A stretch of 64,000 nucleotides of DNA from Rhodospirillaceae bacterium (lineage in GTDB: Bacteria > Pseudomonadota > Alphaproteobacteria > JAEUKQ01), in the NCBI GenBank assembly GCA_016722635.1, contig JADKIX010000005.1, positions 15,484 to 79,483 of the forward strand, read 5' to 3'. Position numbers and translations under genes: made by a program. Below, piece after piece: positions 57,721 through 64,000 of this stretch (its first letter is position 1; the number at the start of each line of letters is the position of its first letter). The notes under the pieces are model-generated. The model was not told the origin of the DNA. It saw only the letters and a program-made list of their open reading frames with translations, and did no database searches.

Positions 57721-57731
57721 AGGAGAAATGT

Positions 57732-58901
57732 GTGATAAAAAAAGAACGGATCGGTACTTATATAAAAGGATCGGCAATTGGGGGCAAATTTTATCAAGCT
57801 TACCTTCCCCCACCGCTCCCCCCTGCTCCTCCCTTAAATATGGAAATATTATATCCCTTTCTGGATCAGGCCAATATCGCCTTGGGCCGTTTGGATGGAC
57901 TACGCCTATTGTTGCCGGATTCAGGGCTTTTCCTTTACATGTATATTCGGAAAGAAGCGCTTTTATCTTCCCAGATTGAGGGAACCCAATCGTCACTGGC
58001 TGATTTATTATTATTTGAAAATGAACAGGCGCCCGGCGTGCCATTGGATGACGTGACCGAGGTTTCCTGTTATGTGGCCGCCATGAAGTACGGGTTGGAG
58101 CGGATCAAGGAATTGCCGTTATCCTTAAGGCTTATTCGGGAAATACATGAAAAACTGATGAATAATGCCCGCGGCTGTCATAAAAGCCCAGGTGAATTCC
58201 GCACCACGCAAAACTGGATCGGCGGATCACGGCCGGGTAATGCCCGTTTTGTCCCACCCCCACCGGAACGGTTAATGGAGACATTAGATGCCTTTGAGAA
58301 ATTCCTGCATGATGATACTGTTAAATTGCCAGCTTTGATCATTGCGGCATTGGCGCATGGGCAATTCGAAACCATCCATCCATTTCTGGACGGCAATGGC
58401 CGATTGGGGCGGTTATTGATCACCTTGATCTTATGCCAAAAAGGCTTGATGAAAGAACCTTTATTATATTTAAGTCTGTATTTAAAAACCAATCGCCAGC
58501 CCTATTATGATCATTTGCAAGCGGTGCGCGAAACCGGCAATTGGGAAGACTGGATCAAGTTTTTTTTGGTGGGCGTCAGTGAAGTTGCAAGCCAAGCCAC
58601 TGAGGCCGCCCAATCCATTCTGCAGCTGTTTAAACAAGATCATGAAAAAATCAAACAGTCTGAAGCTTCAGGCGGCGGAATTTTTACAGTCCATCATTAT
58701 TTACAACAAAATCCAGTGGTTGGCACCGGTTTAATCATGCGCAACTGCGCTCTTTCTCGCCCAACCGTGCTGCGCACGATGGCAACCTTGCAAAAATTGG
58801 AAATCGTTCGGGAAATCACCGGCAAATCCAGCCACAAGGTTTTTATATATCAAAAATACCTGGATACACTCAGCCAAGGCACTAAGCCATTATCCGCTTA
58901 G
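57732..58901 (+). CDS. fic: Fic-family protein (AMPylase-type) with Fic_N and a C-terminal wHTH-like region
   Basis: GTG start after AGGAG. The Fic motif is HPFLDGNGRLGRLLI, and the N-terminal YQAYLPPPLPP and SSQIEGT blocks are present. Confidence 0.85.
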   Translation: MIKKERIGTYIKGSAIGGKFYQAYLPPPLPPAPPLNMEILYPFLDQANIALGRLDGLRLLLPDSGLFLYMYIRKEALLSSQIEGTQSSLADLLLFENEQAPGVPLDDVTEVSCYVAAMKYGLERIKELPLSLRLIREIHEKLMNNARGCHKSPGEFRTTQNWIGGSRPGNARFVPPPPERLMETLDAFEKFLHDDTVKLPALIIAALAHGQFETIHPFLDGNGRLGRLLITLILCQKGLMKEPLLYLSLYLKTNRQPYYDHLQAVRETGNWEDWIKFFLVGVSEVASQATEAAQSILQLFKQDHEKIKQSEASGGGIFTVHHYLQQNPVVGTGLIMRNCALSRPTVLRTMATLQKLEIVREITGKSSHKVFIYQKYLDTLSQGTKPLSA

Positions 58902-58950
58902 TTCTTACATAAAAGCCTATTGAAATTTTCAACGATTTGAGGAATTTTAA

Positions 58951-59733
58951 ATGTTTTTTACCAGTGAAAAAATTGAGCAATTGAATTCAAAATATGCAAA
59001 AATAAATCATGCTTATCAAGAGATATTATTGAATTATTTATCTTTACATAGTCAATTAAAAGATAAGAAAGCCAAAGAATATATTCGATTAGGTTTCTTA
59101 AATAGACTGGGCGTTTTAAGGCGTTGTCTTTTAAATATATGGACTATATGTCCTCCTGAAAATACGAAAAAATTATCGGATGAAGCATTAGAAAATCTAT
59201 CTATTAATTTACACAGCTTCATTTTTAATATTTATGGATGTTCCGATAATTTAGCTTGGATATGGGTAAAAGAAAAAGATCTTCCAATACCTAGAACTTT
59301 AGTTGGCTTGGGATCTAAATGTAAAAAAGTTAGAGACAGCTTTTCTCAAGATTTTCAAGATCACTTGATTGAAATTGACTCACATTTTGAACAATTAGAG
59401 AATTTTAGACACGCTTTAGCACACCGCATACCTCTTTTTGTATGTTCACAAATTCTTAATAAACAAGAAGCAATTAATTATCAGAATTTGCAAACCAAAA
59501 TGATTGATGCAGCCCTTAATCAACCGTTGGAAGAATTCAAGAAATTTATCGACACGATGGAAGACATGGGTAAATTTGCTCCAATTATGACACATTCATT
59601 TGAAGAAAATTCCCCTCAGGTGCCATTCCATAAAGTCATAGTCAATTTTTGGGAAACTATTATAGATACTGCCAACAAATTCTTCAGAGAATTAAAGAAT
59701 TTAAACAATAATCAAATTTTTAAAAAATTATGA
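58951..59733 (+). CDS. AT-rich hypothetical protein with an Rx4H (HEPN-like) motif
   Basis: 260 aa. LENFRHALAHRIPLF fits the HEPN Rx4-6H motif with the hydrophobic context seen in Abi-type HEPN proteins. The gene is visibly AT-rich compared with its flanks. Confidence 0.35.
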   Translation: MFFTSEKIEQLNSKYAKINHAYQEILLNYLSLHSQLKDKKAKEYIRLGFLNRLGVLRRCLLNIWTICPPENTKKLSDEALENLSINLHSFIFNIYGCSDNLAWIWVKEKDLPIPRTLVGLGSKCKKVRDSFSQDFQDHLIEIDSHFEQLENFRHALAHRIPLFVCSQILNKQEAINYQNLQTKMIDAALNQPLEEFKKFIDTMEDMGKFAPIMTHSFEENSPQVPFHKVIVNFWETIIDTANKFFRELKNLNNNQIFKKL

Positions 59734-59945
59734 TTTTTTATCTGCCAATTTCCTAAGACTGTTGACAGATATCAAACACCCTAGAACCTAATCCCCCATT
59801 GCTCTCTTCACTTTTGGCATCAACAAAATTTTTCTTCCCGGGCAATACGCAATTCTGATATAATCTGACATAATCAAGCGATGTTTTTTTGATGTCCTTT
59901 GATAGAAAAAGGGCTACAGTCGTTTTGTTAACCATTGGATAACTC

Positions 59946-60614
59946 ATGGCAAAAGAATTCATCCCTCGCTTAGGTATCTTGCCGCCCCCCCAACGGCAAT
60001 TATGGCCTTTATTAAAAGACACACCCGGCTATTTCACTTTGTATGGGGGAACGGCCATTGCGCTCCGCCTGGGCCACCGGCAATCAGTTGACTTTGATTT
60101 TTTCAGCAATCAGCCTTTTGATCCGGGCGTTTTGCTGCGCACCATTCCTTATCTCAAGCAAGCCACCGTCCTGCAGCTTGAAGAAAACTCCCTCACCTGC
60201 CGGGTCAATTTTCAAGGGACGGTGCAGTTATCCTATTTTGGTGATTTAAGTTTGAAAAAAGTGGCCCAACCAGAAATTGCTGAAGGGCCGCAAATCAAAG
60301 TAGCTGCCTTAATCGATTTGGCCGCAACCAAAGCCGATGTTGTGCAAAAACGGGCGCAAATCAAAGATTACCAAGATATCGATGCCCTAATCAAGGCTGG
60401 CATCAGCCTAGGTCAAGCATTGCGGGCGGCCCAAATGATTTATGGCCCACAGTTTAACCCACAAATTACCTTAAAAGCCCTGAGTTATTATGGGGACGAA
60501 CAGTTGAAAAACCTATCCCCCCTTATTCGCAAAAACCTGGAACAAGCAGTTCGCCAGGTTGATTTAGACCATCTGCCCCCGCTATCCTCCTTCGATGGGC
60601 CGAGCCAAAGATGA
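59946..60614 (+). CDS. AbiEii/AbiGii-family nucleotidyltransferase (type IV TA toxin family)
   Basis: LYGGTAIALRLGHRQSVDFDFF is the family signature. 222 aa. Confidence 0.7.
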   Translation: MAKEFIPRLGILPPPQRQLWPLLKDTPGYFTLYGGTAIALRLGHRQSVDFDFFSNQPFDPGVLLRTIPYLKQATVLQLEENSLTCRVNFQGTVQLSYFGDLSLKKVAQPEIAEGPQIKVAALIDLAATKADVVQKRAQIKDYQDIDALIKAGISLGQALRAAQMIYGPQFNPQITLKALSYYGDEQLKNLSPLIRKNLEQAVRQVDLDHLPPLSSFDGPSQR

Positions 60615-60898
60615 AAAAACTGCCCCTTAATCCAGATTTATTGGTGGTAGCGGAACGGGTGATCTGGTTTCAAAGCCCCGCAGAAGCCCTGGAAGATCCC
60701 ATCCATTTTATGGCTTATCTGCTGACTTACGGCACCCATGAAGATGTAGGTATAGTCCGCCGTTATATCAGCGACGACGATATGCGCCAGGCGTTAGATC
60801 ATGCCCCCCCTGGCATTTTTGACCCACGCTCCTGGGCTTACTGGCACCTGATGCTCGATTATCCAACCACCCCGCCTTTTCCTAAAAGGTTTCCATAA
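60611..60898 (+). CDS. Small conserved protein translationally coupled to the AbiEii-like gene
   Basis: ATGA overlap with the upstream stop. 95 aa with YLLTYGTHEDVGIVRRY and APPGIFDPRSWAYWH. Confidence 0.5.
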   Translation: MKKLPLNPDLLVVAERVIWFQSPAEALEDPIHFMAYLLTYGTHEDVGIVRRYISDDDMRQALDHAPPGIFDPRSWAYWHLMLDYPTTPPFPKRFP

Positions 60899-60931
60899 AA
60901 CCCTTTTGTAGGGGGGTGTTCCCCCCCATTC

Positions 60932-61540
60932 CTACCCTTCCTTCCCTGCTTTGCCGTAAAGTTCCAAGCATCCTTGCAAGCGCTTGGCTGCCGTCTCGTT
61001 AACCGGCTGCTCCCCCTGCACCACCACATCAATCACAAAACTGAGGTCACCGGGTGGCAACAGATCGGCCAAGCGCCTAAAGCGCTTAATCAACCGCTCG
61101 GCATAAGGGGTGAGCTGACGGGGGTCAATGGGACTTACCCCCGCCCCCATCGGCTGCTGCCAATCGCGCGCCTGCACCAGGCCGCCCGCCGTGATCAGGC
61201 GGAAAGCCGAATTGATTTCCTGGGCGGCACGTTGCAATTCTATCCCCCATTCTGCCCAGGGGGCCGGGCGTAATTTCGCCAAGGTTTGCGGGGTGGCCTG
61301 GATTTTATCAAGGGACTTACGACCACGGCGGCGATTCCGGCGGCGGGCGGGGAAATTTTCCCCAAGCTTATTGCTTTCGGGCTTGTTTCGGTTAACCCTG
61401 TTTGCTTCAAGAATTCGGCTTTGGCCGTTTTTTAGCCGCACAACCCCCGGAACATCCGTTGCGGGATCAGGTGGATTGGCATAGCAGCGATCATCACCGG
61501 GGGATAAGGGGGTACCGCGCAAAAATTCATCCATCAACAT
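60932..61540 (-). CDS. Hypothetical phage early protein
   Basis: 202-aa ORF in the replication-module operon, with a basic patch RRRNRRRGRK. Confidence 0.45.
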   Translation of the reverse strand: MLMDEFLRGTPLSPGDDRCYANPPDPATDVPGVVRLKNGQSRILEANRVNRNKPESNKLGENFPARRRNRRRGRKSLDKIQATPQTLAKLRPAPWAEWGIELQRAAQEINSAFRLITAGGLVQARDWQQPMGAGVSPIDPRQLTPYAERLIKRFRRLADLLPPGDLSFVIDVVVQGEQPVNETAAKRLQGCLELYGKAGKEG

Positions 61541-61552
61541 TTCTCCTGTTGT

Positions 61553-62347
61553 TTATAGGTTTTGGTTATCTAAATTGCGGATTGGGCGGGGATCCGCTTG
61601 CTGGTGATGTTGCCCCACCAAGGAGCCCACCAACCGCGCCATTGGCTGGCCAACCGGTATGGCCGAACCCACGGCAGATAGCGGTTGGGCAAGCGGGTCT
61701 GGCCTAAATAACCGGTCAATATAAAGGCGGGTTTCCTCAATCTCCTGCGGGCTGATTTCCACCATCTGATCAAGATTAACCCATGCCAAATGCTGTTGGG
61801 CCAACATCCAAGCCTGCTTTTTAGCCGATTGTTCCAATGCCCGGATGAGTTGGGAATTGCGGGGATCATCCGCTGGCTGATGGCGCGTCCTCAGTTGCTG
61901 TAGCAGCGGGGCGTTCCGCTTTTGCCAATCGCATACCAATTGTTTGGAACCCGCTTGGGTGTTTTCAAAAAATTCCTTCATATTACGCCCGGGTTTACTA
62001 TCTTCCGGCAGGTGAAGGGTTGCCTGGCGAATGTCGGCGGGCATGGGGTGACCGGCTTTATTCCAGCCCTGCATCAAATCCTCCCACCCCTGCGCCAAGC
62101 GGGCAGGATCAAGGCTGCCCAAGGCGCGCTGATATTCCGCCGCCCAGGCCTCAATCGAAGCAGCGCTTGGGAAGACCCGCGGCCACAAGGCCACCAACCG
62201 TGCCATCAATTGCGGCACGGTTAGGATATCTTTGGCCTTAGCCTCCTCCACTTTGGCAACCCCATCCGTTGTAACGACACCCGCATATGATGGCTTTAAT
62301 AAATTATTGGTGATATGATCATGGGGTAATATAGCTTTTTCCCTCAT
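61553..62347 (-). CDS. Hypothetical phage early protein
   Basis: 264-aa ORF. Its start overlaps the stop of 62344-63411 by 4 nt. Confidence 0.45.
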   Translation of the reverse strand: MREKAILPHDHITNNLLKPSYAGVVTTDGVAKVEEAKAKDILTVPQLMARLVALWPRVFPSAASIEAWAAEYQRALGSLDPARLAQGWEDLMQGWNKAGHPMPADIRQATLHLPEDSKPGRNMKEFFENTQAGSKQLVCDWQKRNAPLLQQLRTRHQPADDPRNSQLIRALEQSAKKQAWMLAQQHLAWVNLDQMVEISPQEIEETRLYIDRLFRPDPLAQPLSAVGSAIPVGQPMARLVGSLVGQHHQQADPRPIRNLDNQNL

Positions 62348-63411
62348 GCTGCCCCCTTACCCGCCTGTTGCTTGGCGAGATAGGCCACCGGATCAAACCC
62401 GGTTTTGGGTGTGTGGGGGGCGGATTGATCCATGCGCCGGATCCAATTCAACCAGGTGGCGCGCCAATCAAGCTTAACCGCCCCCACCCCGGGCTTGGCC
62501 AGCCAGAAATCCCGGAATTTAGCGGCTTCCAAATCCAGGTTACCAGGGGAAAGCTTAAACTGGGTGCAGGTTTCTTCTGCCGCTAATCGCCATTCATCCG
62601 GCAAAACCCAGTGGGGGGGCAGGCGCGTCCCGCGCCGCTCGAACGTTTTCCCCTCTCCCTCTCTTTTTCTTTTCTTATCTTTTTCCCTATCCTCTCTTGA
62701 GAGAGGGAGAGGAGACACAGTATTGTGTTCATGGCTATCAACAGGGTTGTGACCAGGACTGTGCACAGAATTGTGCACAGAACGCATTGAGTTATCTTGC
62801 TCATTTGCATCATGAAAGTCATCAGCAGGTACGGCAGCGTTCCCCTGAAGGTCAATCCCACCCTCTGCTGGTATCTGTTCCGACCATTCATTTCCACCTG
62901 GCTCGCCTGGCCGTGGCTTGCGCCCCGTACGCACCCGCTGCATGCGGTGGCGATATTCAAGCCGACGCTCCCAAGCCGCCATCGCCTTATCCGTCAAATA
63001 GGGGTGATACCAACGGTTATCCGCGCATAAGACAAACCCGTCCATCGCACCTGGTCGGATACGCTGCCACTCACGGCTGTCGCATTGGGCGAGACGCATC
63101 AACACTTTATCATGGTTGGGCAAACTGCCAGAGGGGACTTGCCGCCAAGCTTCACACCATAAGGAAAGCATGGCATGGGCAATTTTCGGCTCCTCCGCCG
63201 CGGCAATCCACACATGGCTGCCTAGTAGCCGTGCGATATCCAGCGGCATGAAGCGAAAATCACTCAAATCACAATCGGCTGGCAGCGGCGGGGGTGGTAG
63301 AGAGGGCAGCGCTGTACCAATCCCGGCATCACCCGGCGTAGCGGCAGTTAAAGCGGGGTCAGCGTTGGGGGCAGCAGGGCTATCAGGCAATGAAACAGGA
63401 TCGGGCGGCAT
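62344..63411 (-). CDS. DUF1376 (YdaU-like) phage replication protein with a DnaT-like C-terminal region
   Basis: DFRFMPLDIARLLGSHVWIAAAEEPKIAHAMLSLWCEAWRQVPSGSLP is the DUF1376 pattern. The C-terminus carries RGTRLPPHWVLPDEW...FRDFWLAKPG...KLDWRATWLNWIRR. Confidence 0.65.
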   Translation of the reverse strand: MPPDPVSLPDSPAAPNADPALTAATPGDAGIGTALPSLPPPPLPADCDLSDFRFMPLDIARLLGSHVWIAAAEEPKIAHAMLSLWCEAWRQVPSGSLPNHDKVLMRLAQCDSREWQRIRPGAMDGFVLCADNRWYHPYLTDKAMAAWERRLEYRHRMQRVRTGRKPRPGEPGGNEWSEQIPAEGGIDLQGNAAVPADDFHDANEQDNSMRSVHNSVHSPGHNPVDSHEHNTVSPLPLSREDREKDKKRKREGEGKTFERRGTRLPPHWVLPDEWRLAAEETCTQFKLSPGNLDLEAAKFRDFWLAKPGVGAVKLDWRATWLNWIRRMDQSAPHTPKTGFDPVAYLAKQQAGKGAA

Positions 63412-63497
63412 GCAACAATTCCTTTCATGAATAGAGATAGGGGGTTTGGCGGTGGCTCCACCGCCGTGACGCAGCGGAGATGTGAAGGGATAGGGAT

Positions 63498-63938
63498 TTA
63501 ACGCTTGGGTTTTGGGGGATATGGGCGCGGAGGGGCAACATCAGCCAGGAATTCCTCTTCCTCGGGGCTGCTGGCCACCGCCCAGTTAGCACTGCTGGCC
63601 GTTAAAACAACCGTTTCCGGGCGCGGCATTCGCCAACCCCCTTCAGGCTCACGGGCGCGCTCATCATCTTGGTAGCGTTGCCCTGCCAAACATTTGACGG
63701 GGGTGGCCCCTGCCACCCGCCCCCAATTGCTGTGTTCGCCGCAAAGGCGCACTGGGCGCGCGGTATGACCACCTTCTTGATAGGGGGAAAGGTTGTGGAA
63801 AATGCCGTAGGCATGGCGGCAATTTTTGATGTAACCCGGGCTGTAACCGGTTTCTTTGGCAATCTCGACATCCTTCAGCCCTTGTTTGACAAACTCGGTT
63901 AAAACCAACGCCGTCAAGCGGCTGTTGATCGGGGCCAT
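63498..63938 (-). CDS. Putative HTH regulatory protein of the early region
   Basis: The start is at the internal Met MAPINSRL. LKDVEIAKETGYSPGYIKNCRH looks like an HTH. The rest is unrecognised. Confidence 0.3.
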   Translation of the reverse strand: MAPINSRLTALVLTEFVKQGLKDVEIAKETGYSPGYIKNCRHAYGIFHNLSPYQEGGHTARPVRLCGEHSNWGRVAGATPVKCLAGQRYQDDERAREPEGGWRMPRPETVVLTASSANWAVASSPEEEEFLADVAPPRPYPPKPKR

Positions 63939-64000
63939 TTTTACCTTTTTTTGAGGCAAGCGTGTGACCTGACGGGCAGGTAAATGGCTTATGGGTAAAG

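Larger units (their letters stand above)
2460..64000. mobile_element. Podovirus-type prophage-derived element, heavily loaded with cargo; right end lies outside the window
   Basis: Collinear minus-strand order: replication genes, terS, terL, portal, scaffold, capsid, tail tubular A/B, internal proteins, tail fibre, lysis cassette. The left end abuts the GST gene. No integrase or att site is visible in the window. Confidence 0.75.

Overview
This window looks like an alphaproteobacterial chromosome, although the taxon is a guess. Bases 1-2386 are housekeeping genes: the 3' part of fmt, truA and a YfcG-type glutathione transferase. From about 2460 to the right edge, almost everything belongs to one large, mostly minus-strand, podovirus-type prophage-derived element. 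Its backbone is still collinear. Early/replication genes lie at 64.0-60.9 kb, terS at 44.0 kb and terL at 39.9-38.6 kb. Portal, scaffold and capsid lie at 27.8-22.7 kb and tail tubular A/B at 20.8-18.2 kb. An internal-protein region follows at 18.0-10.8 kb, the tail fibre plus a duplicated glycine-rich fibre module at 7.1-4.1 kb, and the lysis cassette at 4.0-2.46 kb. The backbone is interrupted at almost every module junction by cargo, and most cargo is directed to the cell envelope. The cargo includes two expanded families of exported Cys-loop proteins that look like Ivy-type lysozyme inhibitors, a lipoprotein family with decaying copies, and tandem HdeA-like proteins in an AT-rich island. 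It also includes an EF-hand periplasmic protein, a glycosyltransferase and four very large inverse-autotransporter-like beta-helix surface proteins. Further cargo is a YoeB toxin with a chimeric antitoxin, wedged between scaffold and capsid, and a Fic / HEPN-like / AbiEii island. The best candidate for an undescribed system is a translationally coupled pair at 32189-34939: a membrane-anchored TraD/VirD4-like (T4CP-like) ATPase and an HtpX-like M48 metalloprotease. It sits alone, with no other T4SS genes, in the cargo slot between terL and portal. I could not support any rRNA, tRNA, CRISPR array, integrase or transposase. All functional calls rest on motif recognition by eye and on gene order, and none was verified by a database search.
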